Positions 1 through 7,185 of a stretch of DNA of 16,270 nucleotides are shown one piece after another (position 1 is the first letter of the stretch; each line of letters starts with the position of its first letter). The translations under genes were made by a program, and so were the position numbers. This DNA comes from an uncultured Steroidobacteraceae bacterium. Its GTDB lineage: Bacteria; Pseudomonadota; Gammaproteobacteria; Steroidobacterales; Steroidobacteraceae. Location of the stretch: the NCBI GenBank assembly GCA_964586725.1, contig CAZPJE010000209.1:1-16270 (forward strand), written 5' to 3'. A model generated the notes under the pieces. The model saw only the letters and a list, made by a program, of their open reading frames with translations. It had not been told where the DNA came from and ran no database searches.

Positions 1-1
1 C

Positions 2-595
2 TTGCATTGGTCTCAGAGCGGGGGGAACGTCGTACTTATTGTGCCGATGGGTAGCGACGCGTTTCGCTCCGACGATGAGGGTTCAGATCCCGAGAAAGCG
101 AACCCTACTCGGAGATTTTCCGTCGAGGCAGACGGCTCGGAGCAGGCTATCCTTGCCCCTGACGGGCGGCCGGTTGTTGCAATTCGGATAGATGCGTTCA
201 ACGGCAGCCTAGATCTCACAAAAGGCCAGCCTAAGGAGGTAGTGCTGGGTCACATCCAGATCGAGCTAGTTTCTGGCAACCTCTTGCTCGGCAATCGTTT
301 CTTCGCCGCGCCTGTTGCGATTCCGCATGCCCTACGCATTGGCGGCGCGTCGCCTGGAGCGTGGGCCTACTCCGTTGCCGCTCGCTTTGACGGCTCACAA
401 ATGATTGTCGAGTTTCGCCAGCTTTCGGTTGGGCTTCGCAACAAGAACCTAGAGGTTGCCGTGCGAGGACTGGCAGAGGACGAAGAGCTCACGTTAACAG
501 CGCCGAAAAGTTCTACTCAGTACGTACTGAATCTGTCTGACACGAGGGTATCGGTTCCGTTAGTGGGCAAATTGTGCTTGCGAACTCAACGCTGA
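2..595 (+). CDS. Hypothetical protein, 5'-truncated by the window edge (C-terminal 197 aa). No recognisable motif. Lies in a lower-GC segment.
   Basis: Long ORF running in from the window start, stop at 593-595. GC is visibly lower than the rest of the window. No family recognised from sequence. Confidence 0.45.
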   Translation: MHWSQSGGNVVLIVPMGSDAFRSDDEGSDPEKANPTRRFSVEADGSEQAILAPDGRPVVAIRIDAFNGSLDLTKGQPKEVVLGHIQIELVSGNLLLGNRFFAAPVAIPHALRIGGASPGAWAYSVAARFDGSQMIVEFRQLSVGLRNKNLEVAVRGLAEDEELTLTAPKSSTQYVLNLSDTRVSVPLVGKLCLRTQR

Positions 596-915
596 GGATT
601 CTCACCGAAGATTCAGCGACTCGCGCCGCTAATCCATGCACGGCGCGACATGCTTCAGCGCGTTCTCGGAATCCACCGCGCCCTAGTCTGGTCGGCACAG
701 TTGGTAGAAGTCTTGGTATCTAGGGCGCGACTTGTACAGAAAGCTCTTTCCAGTCAATCGCTTAGGGACTCGTTCGAATCCCTCTCTCCCGCCAATTCCC
801 CTGTTTCAAGCCGTCTCAGGCTGTCTCGAAAACAGGGAAAAATCTCAAGAAGTCTCGGGAGAAGCTGCGCTCTCGGATTTCCGCGCTGTCCCTCAAGCTA
901 CGGGCGGAATGTTGC

Positions 916-931
916 GGAACTCGGCAGTTCC
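916..931. promoter_or_regulatory. Inverted repeat GGAACT-cggc-AGTTCC about 50 bp upstream of the antitoxin start; candidate autoregulatory operator of the TA pair.
   Basis: Perfect 6-bp arms with a 4-bp spacer read directly from the sequence. The position is typical for type II TA operators. Function is inferred. Confidence 0.3.
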
Positions 932-983
932 ACCAGATATCGCCGATTCGGACTGCCGGATTCACCGAGGAGGTCGAGTACAA

Positions 984-1216
984 TGCAGGGCATGGACTTC
1001 GAATCCATCGAACGCGAAGCACTGCGGCTGGACGCGCGTCAGCGCGCCCGCCTCGCCCAGGAGTTGCTCGACAGCATCGACAATCTCTCGCCGGCCGAGA
1101 TCGAAGCGCTTTGGCTCGATGAAGCAGAGAAGCGATCCGCGGAGATCGATGCGGACGCCGACGTGCTCGTGTCCGGCGAAGACGTAGCAAGAAAGGCGCG
1201 AGCCCTGCTGCGGTGA
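984..1216 (+). CDS. Type II antitoxin-like protein of the TIGR02574 'putative addiction module component' type (77 aa).
   Basis: ATG at 984 is preceded by GAGGAGG (966-972). The protein MQGMDFESIEREALRLDARQRARLAQELLDSID...EALWLDEAEKRSAEID...VLVSGEDVARKARALLR matches the conserved pattern of this small antitoxin family. Its stop overlaps the toxin start as GTGA. Confidence 0.75.
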
Positions 1217-1506
1217 CTTACCGCTTCCATGTTCGCGCCGAGCGCGAGCATCTGGCGCGCGTCAGTTACTACGAAGGCGAGCGAACGGGGCTTGGCGCGC
1301 GATACCTCGCTGACTTTGAATCGACGATCGCGAAGATCTGTGAGGCGCCCGCACGACTGAACTGCGTCCGTGCGCCAGACATCCGACGAGCGTTCTTCCT
1401 AACCTTTCCCTGCTCGATCATTTACCGGGAGGTGCGCGGCCAGGTTGTCGTGCTCGCGGTCGCGCACCATCGCCAGCGGCCGGGGTATTGGCTGGCGCGG
1501 CTGTAG
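1213..1506 (+). CDS. ParE/RelE-family toxin (plasmid stabilisation system protein type), 97 aa.
   Basis: GTG start overlaps the antitoxin stop by 4 nt (GTGA), suggesting translational coupling. Size and C-terminal ...VVVLAVAHHRQRPGYW fit ParE/RelE. Confidence 0.75.
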   Translation: MTYRFHVRAEREHLARVSYYEGERTGLGARYLADFESTIAKICEAPARLNCVRAPDIRRAFFLTFPCSIIYREVRGQVVVLAVAHHRQRPGYWLARL

Positions 1507-1547
1507 TCAGGCGTGGGCATTCGACCCAGCAACAACAAAGGAATCTC

Positions 1548-1973
1548 GTGTTCGCACCTGACATCGAACGCTGGCTCGAAGGCAACACAACGCCGGGCTA
1601 CAAGCAGTTCCTCGTGGAGAGCCGTGCCGAGACCGCAGACCTGCTTCGGGAGGTCGGCGTACCGCGCAAGTGCGAGCTGGCGGATTTCTATCTGCGGCAC
1701 GGCGCCGCAACCTGTCGCGGCTGGTACGAGCTCAAAGAGCCGGACCAGATCGCAGATGCCACGCAGTACGTGCAGGAAGAGTGGGACGTGCCCGAGGGCT
1801 TCATCGCACTGACCAGTACAGAGGGCGAGGGCGTCGTGTTGTACGCACTCGAAACCGGCGCGGTCTACGAGGTCGAGCTTGGCAGGCTGGATGACTTCCT
1901 GGGCGGTTCGCTCGAGCCAATTGCGAGCACCTTCGAGGGGTATCTGCGCTGGTGCATGGGTAAAGCCGGTTAG
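1548..1973 (+). CDS. SUKH-1 (SMI1/KNR4)-like immunity-type protein, about 141 aa.
   Basis: GTG at 1548 with AAGGA 6 nt upstream. Motifs ELADFYLRHGAA and EGFIALTSTEGEGVVLYALETGAVYEV resemble the SUKH fold signatures (LP.DY..FL..NGG / IPIa.dggG..lclD..g.V). The alternative ATG at 1488 would overlap the toxin gene by 19 nt. Confidence 0.45.
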   Translation: MFAPDIERWLEGNTTPGYKQFLVESRAETADLLREVGVPRKCELADFYLRHGAATCRGWYELKEPDQIADATQYVQEEWDVPEGFIALTSTEGEGVVLYALETGAVYEVELGRLDDFLGGSLEPIASTFEGYLRWCMGKAG

Positions 1974-2041
1974 GGTCGAAGTGCGGCGCCGTACCAAGGC
2001 TGCGCCGCTCGCGAGACTCCATGACCGGAGGTGGGATAGCA

Positions 2042-2245
2042 ATGAAGGACAGGACTCACGACGTCGCCGAAGTCGAGGCGCTCTGGCTTGACGAGGCTGA
2101 GAGACGTGCCGACGAGATCGACCGCAGAGAAAGCGTGCTTGTCTCGGGCGACGAGGTGGCGCCTAAAGCCCGTCTCTTGCTCGAGACATGCCGGTCTGAC
2201 TCTCGAAGTGACACGGTCCGCGATTCAACCGATACGAGCACCTAA
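2042..2245 (+). CDS. Second TIGR02574-type antitoxin-like protein (paralog of 984..1216) with a unique 20-aa Ser/Thr/Asp/Arg-rich C-terminal tail. It has no ParE/RelE partner and sits directly upstream of the nucleotidyltransferase.
   Basis: ATG at 2042 with GGAGG 10 nt upstream. EVEALWLDEAERRADEIDRRESVLVSGDEVAPKARLLLE is clearly related to the first antitoxin. It ends 8 bp before the next gene. Confidence 0.6.
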   Translation: MKDRTHDVAEVEALWLDEAERRADEIDRRESVLVSGDEVAPKARLLLETCRSDSRSDTVRDSTDTST

Positions 2246-2252
2246 TGCGCTC

Positions 2253-3047
2253 ATGATTCCCCTGGAGATCCGCGAAGAACTGCTTAAGCGCATGCGCTCT
2301 GCAGAGTTGGAGCATGATGTCCGTATCGTGCTCGCCGTGGAGTCCGGCAGTCGAGCCTGGGGCTTTGCATCCCCGAACAGCGACTATGACGCGCGCTTCA
2401 TCTACGTGAATCGGCCGGAGTGGTACCTGTCGGTATCGCTCGAGGAACAGCGCGATGTTATCGAGTACCCCATCGTCGATGACGTTGATCTGAACGGTTG
2501 GGATTTGCGCAAGGCCCTTCGCTTGATGTGGAAATCCAACCCGGCGTTCGTCGAGTGGATTCAGTCGCCGATTGTCTACCGTGAAGCGAACCAGTTTGGC
2601 GCCGACGCCCGCGGGTTGCTGCCGCACGTCTACTCCGTCGAGCGCGGCATGCATCATTACCGCAGCATGGCGAAGACCAATTATCGCGGCTATCTGCGGG
2701 AGGCAGAGGTGCCCCTGAAGAAGTACTTCTACGTTTTGCGCCCACTGCTGTCCGTGCGATGGCTCGAGCGGTACGGCACGCCTGCCCCGATCGAGTTCCC
2801 GCGCCTCATGCCACTGGTGGAGGATGATCGGGAGCTGACACAGGCGATCGACGCGTTGTTGCAGCAGAAGCGCGCAGCGCCAGAGCTGGGTCGTGGCCCT
2901 GCCGTGCCGGTGCTGCAGGCGTTCATCGAGCAGGAGCTGGACAGGCTCGAAGCCATCGACCCGCCCGCCGTTCGTCCGGGCGCAGCCGCGCCACTACTCA
3001 ACCGGTTCTTTCTACGGGTCCTTAACGAGACCTGGTCACCGACCTGA
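2253..3047 (+). CDS. Pol-beta-superfamily nucleotidyltransferase of the RlaP type (PF10127-like 'RNA repair pathway' NTase), 264 aa.
   Basis: N-terminal RIVLAVESGSRAWGFASPNSDYDARFIYV carries the hG[GS]...D.D nucleotidyltransferase signature typical of this family. It lies beside rtcR/rtcBA as reported for RlaP genes. The 2088 ORF start would overlap the antitoxin gene, so ATG 2253 is preferred. Confidence 0.7.
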   Translation: MIPLEIREELLKRMRSAELEHDVRIVLAVESGSRAWGFASPNSDYDARFIYVNRPEWYLSVSLEEQRDVIEYPIVDDVDLNGWDLRKALRLMWKSNPAFVEWIQSPIVYREANQFGADARGLLPHVYSVERGMHHYRSMAKTNYRGYLREAEVPLKKYFYVLRPLLSVRWLERYGTPAPIEFPRLMPLVEDDRELTQAIDALLQQKRAAPELGRGPAVPVLQAFIEQELDRLEAIDPPAVRPGAAAPLLNRFFLRVLNETWSPT

Positions 3048-4619
3048 CGCCGTCTCCCAATCCAGCCCGAATCGCGCAAGGTATTTTCGCAGTCGATCGC
3101 TGTCGTTGGTCACGGAGCGCTGCAGTCGGGACGACGCGAACAACGTTCGACCTGCATCCGCCAAAGAACGGGATCGGCGGCAGATGTCGAGCACACCCGC
3201 CAACTGAATCTGGTCGAACAGATCGAGGTCGCGCGCAACGCTCGCCGGCAGTGCGGGAGCGGCCGCGGCGTCGGAATCCGACATCCATGACCCGCGCAGG
3301 CGCTCGATCTCTGCGGCGACAGCCGGCTCGCCGATGCGGCCGCCGTCCGCCAGCGTCGCGAGCCGGGTGATGGAGGCGGACAGCTCGCGGAAGTTGCCGC
3401 GCCACTGGGCCTCGGGCGAGGTCGCAAAGCGCAGATAACGGCTGCGCGCTTCGGTATTGAAGCGGACGGTCGTGGCGTTCGCGGCCGCGAAGCGTTCCAG
3501 TTCGTACTCGATGTTGGGTTCGATGTCTTCCGGCCTGTCCCTGAGGCCTGGCAGCTGGAACGTCCACAGGTTGATGCGCGCCAGCAGGTCCTCGCGAAAG
3601 CGGCCCGCCCGCACGGCGTCGCGCAAGTCGCAGTTCGTGCCAGCAACGAGCTGGAAGTCGCTCTGGGCTTCCTTATCGCCGCCCATAGGCAGGAAGCGCT
3701 TTTCCTCGATGGCCTTGAGGAGCATGGCCTGCTCGTCGAGCCCGAGTTCGCCGATCTCGTCGAGGAACACAATGCCGCCGTCGGCCTTGCGCAGCAGGCC
3801 CGGGCGGTCACTCTGCGCCCCGGTGAACGCGCCCTTCACGTGTCCGAACAGCGTGGACATCGCCGCATCGCCCCGGAGCGTGGCGCAGTTGACCTCGACG
3901 AACTCGCCGCGGATCTGGTGCTGCGCCTTCTTGAGTTCGTAGAGTCGGGTTGCGAGCTGCGACTTTCCGGCACCCGTGGGGCCGACGAGCAGCACCGGAG
4001 CCTTCGAGCGGATCGCCACCCGTTCGAGTTCGTCGATCATGCGATTGAAAGCGGCGTTGCGTGTCGGGATTCCCGACTTCAGGAACGTCGTGCTCTCGCG
4101 CCGCTCGTCCGCGAAGCGTGCGGCGATCTGGTCGTAGCGGGAGAGGTCGAGGTCGATGATCGAGTAGCTCCCGACCTTGCCCGTCGCTTCGCGCGCCGGC
4201 GGTGAGGTTTGCAGCAGCGACCCCGGAAACGTGCGTGCTTCGGCCAGCAGGAACAGGCAGATCTGTGCGACGTGGGTACCGGTCGTGATGTGGGCGAGGT
4301 AGCGCTCGTGCTCGAGGTCGAAAGAGTACTTTCGGACGAACTCCCGCAGGGCGCCGTACATCTGCTCGAAGTCCCACGGGTCGCGCGGATCGACGCGGTG
4401 CAGGCGTACCGTGGTCTCGGGCGACACCTCCTGGATGTCGTCGCGAACCTGCTCCGCCAGCCGCTGATGTGGGCGGGCATGCATGAGCTCGAGGCGACCG
4501 ACGACGAGATCATCCTGTTGGCAGATGGACACAGTCGGGCGCCAGCGCTCCCAGCGGCCCGGGCCCCGGCCGCCAGCGTCGAGCGTCGAGCCCAGGAAGC
4601 CAATCACGACCGTCTTCAT
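3036..4619 (-). CDS. rtcR: RtcR: sigma54-dependent transcriptional activator with N-terminal CARF-type sensor domain, AAA+ core (GPTGAGKS Walker A, GAFTGA sigma54-contact motif) and C-terminal HTH; 527 aa.
   Basis: N-terminus MKTVVIGFLGSTLD is like E. coli RtcR. GPTGAGKSQLA and GHVKGAFTGA are present, and the length is right. It is divergent from rtcBA. The 3' end overlaps the RlaP gene 3' end by 12 nt. Confidence 0.9.
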   Translation of the reverse strand: MKTVVIGFLGSTLDAGGRGPGRWERWRPTVSICQQDDLVVGRLELMHARPHQRLAEQVRDDIQEVSPETTVRLHRVDPRDPWDFEQMYGALREFVRKYSFDLEHERYLAHITTGTHVAQICLFLLAEARTFPGSLLQTSPPAREATGKVGSYSIIDLDLSRYDQIAARFADERRESTTFLKSGIPTRNAAFNRMIDELERVAIRSKAPVLLVGPTGAGKSQLATRLYELKKAQHQIRGEFVEVNCATLRGDAAMSTLFGHVKGAFTGAQSDRPGLLRKADGGIVFLDEIGELGLDEQAMLLKAIEEKRFLPMGGDKEAQSDFQLVAGTNCDLRDAVRAGRFREDLLARINLWTFQLPGLRDRPEDIEPNIEYELERFAAANATTVRFNTEARSRYLRFATSPEAQWRGNFRELSASITRLATLADGGRIGEPAVAAEIERLRGSWMSDSDAAAAPALPASVARDLDLFDQIQLAGVLDICRRSRSLADAGRTLFASSRLQRSVTNDSDRLRKYLARFGLDWETASGR

Positions 4620-4640
4620 AGAGCTAGCATAAAAGATATA

Positions 4641-4679
4641 TTGCTATCGGCCAAGATCGCTTTCAACGGGATGTAGCAA
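4641..4679. promoter_or_regulatory. Candidate RtcR upstream activating sequence: inverted repeat TTGCTA-N27-TAGCAA in the rtcR-rtcB intergenic region, next to an AT-rich tract (possible IHF site).
   Basis: 6-bp inverted arms read from the sequence. It lies about 100-140 bp upstream of the sigma54 promoter, the distance expected for an enhancer-binding-protein UAS. Function is inferred. Confidence 0.3.
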
Positions 4680-4779
4680 GTCTGCGAAAGTCGCCATCCG
4701 TTCCCGCGATCACGCAAATGCTCGTGAATACAGTCAGTTACGCTGGTCGTGCCTGGCGATCGTCGATTCCTCGAACCTT

Positions 4780-4795
4780 TGGCACAGCGGTTGCT
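4780..4795 (+). promoter_or_regulatory. Sigma54 (-24/-12) promoter of rtcBA: TGGCAC-agcgg-TTGCT.
   Basis: Exact match to the TGGCAC-N5-TTGCW consensus, 81 bp upstream of the rtcB ATG and next to the sigma54 activator gene rtcR. Confidence 0.8.
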
Positions 4796-4875
4796 TTGTA
4801 CTCAGCAACAGAGACAACCACCGAAGCACGGGGCGGCGCCATGGGGGCGCCGCCGGTCTCTGCAAGGAAAGTCCC

Positions 4876-6099
4876 ATGAGCGACACGAACTACGAAACGA
4901 TGCATGTCGAAGGCGGCCGCCACGTGAAGATGTGGACGCGCGGCGTGCCGGTTGAAGACGACGCGCGTGCGCAGCTCGCGAACACCGCGCGGATGCCGTT
5001 CATCTTCAAGCACCTTGCAGTGATGCCGGACGTGCATGTCGGCAAGGGCTCGACGATCGGCAGCGTCATCCCGACGATCAAGGCGATCATCCCGGCGGCG
5101 GTTGGCGTGGACATCGGCTGCGGCATGATGGCGGCGAAGACCACGCTGACGGCGGCGGACCTGCCGGACAGCCTCGCGGCGGTGCGTAGCGCGATCGAGC
5201 GCGCCGTGCCGCACGGTCGTACGGTCGGCAAGCGCGACAAGGGTTCCTGGGGCCACGAGCCGCCGCAGAGCGTAGACGCGGCGTGGACCGACCTGGTCGA
5301 GGGCTTCGAGCGAATCAGCACGAAGCACGGCCGGCTGAAGAACACGAACAACCGTGTACACCTCGGCACGCTCGGAACAGGCAACCACTTCATCGAGGTG
5401 TGCCTCGATGAGCACGACGCGGTGTGGTTCATGCTGCACAGTGGTTCGCGCGGCGTCGGCAACGCGATCGGCAGCTACTTCATCGAGCTGGCGCGAGAAG
5501 ACATGCGCAAGTGGATGATCAATCTGCCTGATCGGGACCTGGCGTATTTCCCGGAAGGGACGGACCACTTCGACGACTACGTCGAGGCGGTCGAGTGGGC
5601 GCAGCGCTTCGCGCAGCGCAACCGCGAAGTGATGATGACCAACGTCATCCGCGCGGTGCGCAGCGTGCTGCCGAAGCCGTTCGAGAGCCACGTGGAAGCG
5701 GTGAACTGTCACCACAACTACGTGTCCCGCGAACACCACTTCGGCGAGAACGTACTCGTGACTCGCAAGGGTGCGGTGCGCGCGCGTCGCGGTGAGCTCG
5801 GCATCATTCCGGGCAGCATGGGTGCGCGTTCGTACATCGTGCGCGGCCTCGGCAACGAGGAGAGCTTCCACAGCTGCAGCCACGGGGCTGGCCGGAAGAT
5901 GTCCCGCACCGAAGCGCGCAAGCGCTTCACGGTCGAGGAGCACGCTGCGGCGACGGCCGGTGTCGAGTGTCGCAAGGACGAGGCCGTCATCGACGAGACG
6001 CCGGCCGCGTACAAGGACATCGACGCAGTGATGGCCGCGCAGAAGGACCTTGTGGAAGTTGTCTACACGTTGAAGCAGATCGTCTGTGTGAAAGGATAG
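4876..6099 (+). CDS. rtcB: RtcB RNA 3'-phosphate/2',3'-cyclic-phosphate to 5'-OH ligase, 407 aa.
   Basis: AAGGA RBS 7 nt upstream. Hallmark motifs MPDVHVGKGSTIGSVIPT, HSGSRGVGN, the NCHHNY region and GxxRxG-like SHGAGR are present. Confidence 0.95.
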   Translation: MSDTNYETMHVEGGRHVKMWTRGVPVEDDARAQLANTARMPFIFKHLAVMPDVHVGKGSTIGSVIPTIKAIIPAAVGVDIGCGMMAAKTTLTAADLPDSLAAVRSAIERAVPHGRTVGKRDKGSWGHEPPQSVDAAWTDLVEGFERISTKHGRLKNTNNRVHLGTLGTGNHFIEVCLDEHDAVWFMLHSGSRGVGNAIGSYFIELAREDMRKWMINLPDRDLAYFPEGTDHFDDYVEAVEWAQRFAQRNREVMMTNVIRAVRSVLPKPFESHVEAVNCHHNYVSREHHFGENVLVTRKGAVRARRGELGIIPGSMGARSYIVRGLGNEESFHSCSHGAGRKMSRTEARKRFTVEEHAAATAGVECRKDEAVIDETPAAYKDIDAVMAAQKDLVEVVYTLKQIVCVKG

Positions 6100-6101
6100 T
6101 C

Positions 6102-7115
6102 ATGATCGAGATCGATGGAGCACAAGGCGAGGGCGGCGGGCAGATCCTGCGATCTGCCCTGTCGCTTTCCATGTGCACGCAACAGTCGTTCCGTATTCGC
6201 GCGATCCGGGCGGGTCGCGCGAAGCCGGGACTGCTGCGCCAGCATCTGACCGCGCTGCGCGCGGCGCAGACCGTCTGCGGCGGCACCGTGGAGGGCGACC
6301 AGCTCGGGTCCACCGAGGTGGAGTTCCGGCCGAGTGCGGTCGTCGCGGGCGACTATCGCTTCGATGTCGGCAGTGCCGGCAGCTGCACGCTCGTGCTGCA
6401 GACGGTACTGCCGGCGCTGATGCTGGCCGCGGGGTCGAGCACGGTGCGCATTACCGGTGGCACGCATGCGAAGGCGGCGCCGCCCGTGGACTTCCTGCAG
6501 CTCGCGTTCCTGCCATTGCTGGCCCGCATGGGTCCGCGCGTCTCGATCGACATGACGCAGCCCGGGTTCTACCCGCGCGGTGGTGGCGTGGTCACGGCTC
6601 GCATCGAGCCGACGCCGGCGCTCGTGCCGCTGCAACTGATGGACCGAGGCGCCTGGGTGGGTGGCGAAGCCTGCGCGTACGTTGCTGCCATCCCGATGCA
6701 TGTCGCCGAACGCGAGCTCGAAGTCGTGGGTCGGACGCTCGGGTGGGGCCCGCAGCAGCGCCGCATCAAGCCCTGGGCCAATGAGTTCGGCCCGGGTAAC
6801 GCGCTGACGCTCACGCTGACCCATGAGCACGTTACAGAGGTCTGCGCGGCGTTCGGCGAGAAGACCGTGCGCGCCGAGGACGTGGCAGGCGCAGCGGTGC
6901 GCGAGGCACAGGGCTACCTCGCGACGCGCGCGGCGGTCGGTGCGCATCTGGCTGATCAGTTGCAGTTGCCGGTCGCGTTGGCGGGAGACGGGTGTTTCAC
7001 GGCTGCAGAGATCACGCCGCACTTCGTATCGAACGGCGGCGTGATCGAACAGTTCACCGGTCGGCGCTTCGAGTGCGAGCGAGACGCAGGACGAACGGTC
7101 GTGACGCTGCGATGA
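6102..7115 (+). CDS. rtcA: RtcA RNA 3'-terminal phosphate cyclase, 337 aa.
   Basis: ATG lies 2 nt after the rtcB stop with AAAGGA inside the rtcB end. Starts MIEIDGAQGEGGGQILRSALSLS, the signature cyclase N-terminus. Length matches E. coli RtcA. Confidence 0.9.
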   Translation: MIEIDGAQGEGGGQILRSALSLSMCTQQSFRIRAIRAGRAKPGLLRQHLTALRAAQTVCGGTVEGDQLGSTEVEFRPSAVVAGDYRFDVGSAGSCTLVLQTVLPALMLAAGSSTVRITGGTHAKAAPPVDFLQLAFLPLLARMGPRVSIDMTQPGFYPRGGGVVTARIEPTPALVPLQLMDRGAWVGGEACAYVAAIPMHVAERELEVVGRTLGWGPQQRRIKPWANEFGPGNALTLTLTHEHVTEVCAAFGEKTVRAEDVAGAAVREAQGYLATRAAVGAHLADQLQLPVALAGDGCFTAAEITPHFVSNGGVIEQFTGRRFECERDAGRTVVTLR

Positions 7116-7147
7116 ACGGTTGCATGAGGAATTTGTCTCAAGGTGTA

Positions 7148-7176
7148 TTGACAGGAGATTCGGCGCGCGTAGGATG
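7148..7176 (+). promoter_or_regulatory. Sigma70-like promoter candidate TTGACA-N16-TAGGAT just downstream of rtcA.
   Basis: Perfect -35 hexamer with a 16-nt spacer and a TAnnnT -10. It would drive the small ORF/RNA at 7186-7411. Confidence 0.3.
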
Positions 7177-7185
7177 CGCGCCCCT

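Noticed and set aside
699-794. tRNA-like motifs AGTTGGTAG (D-loop-like) and GTTCGAATCCC...CGCCA (T-arm/CCA-like) in the lower-GC intergenic region
   Set aside because: The two motifs are about 70 nt apart, too far for one cloverleaf. No acceptor or T-stem pairing can be built (stem ACTCG/CCCTC fails). Probably chance or a highly decayed att remnant, and not callable as a tRNA.
650-983. Upstream extension of the antitoxin ORF (650..1216, 188 aa) and overlapping ORFs 732..1187 (+) and 816..1190 (-)
   Set aside because: The translation is low-complexity Ser/Arg/Leu-rich with no start context. A strong GAGGAGG RBS sits immediately before ATG 984, and the antitoxin family is about 75-80 aa. The extension is most likely a non-coding leader.
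1488-1547. Alternative ATG 1488 start for the SUKH-like gene
   Set aside because: It would overlap the ParE/RelE gene by 19 nt and has no RBS. GTG 1548 has AAGGA at ideal spacing.
3022-3942. ORFs 3022..3567 (-), 3110..3811 (-), 3457..3942 (+) inside rtcR
   Set aside because: These are alternative-frame or antisense shadow ORFs of a high-GC gene. Their translations are Arg/Ala/Ser/Pro-rich with no motifs, and rtcR fully explains the region.
4738-5943. 401-aa antisense ORF opposite rtcB and 190-aa ORF 4890..5462 (-)
   Set aside because: High-GC antisense artefacts with Arg/Ala/His-rich translations. RtcB on the plus strand has unmistakable catalytic motifs.
5967-7115. Upstream extension of rtcA to 5967 and antisense ORFs 6063..7022 (-), 6173..6784 (+)
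   Set aside because: The extension overlaps rtcB in another frame. ATG 6102 follows the rtcB stop with an RBS and gives the canonical MIEIDG...EGGGQILR N-terminus.
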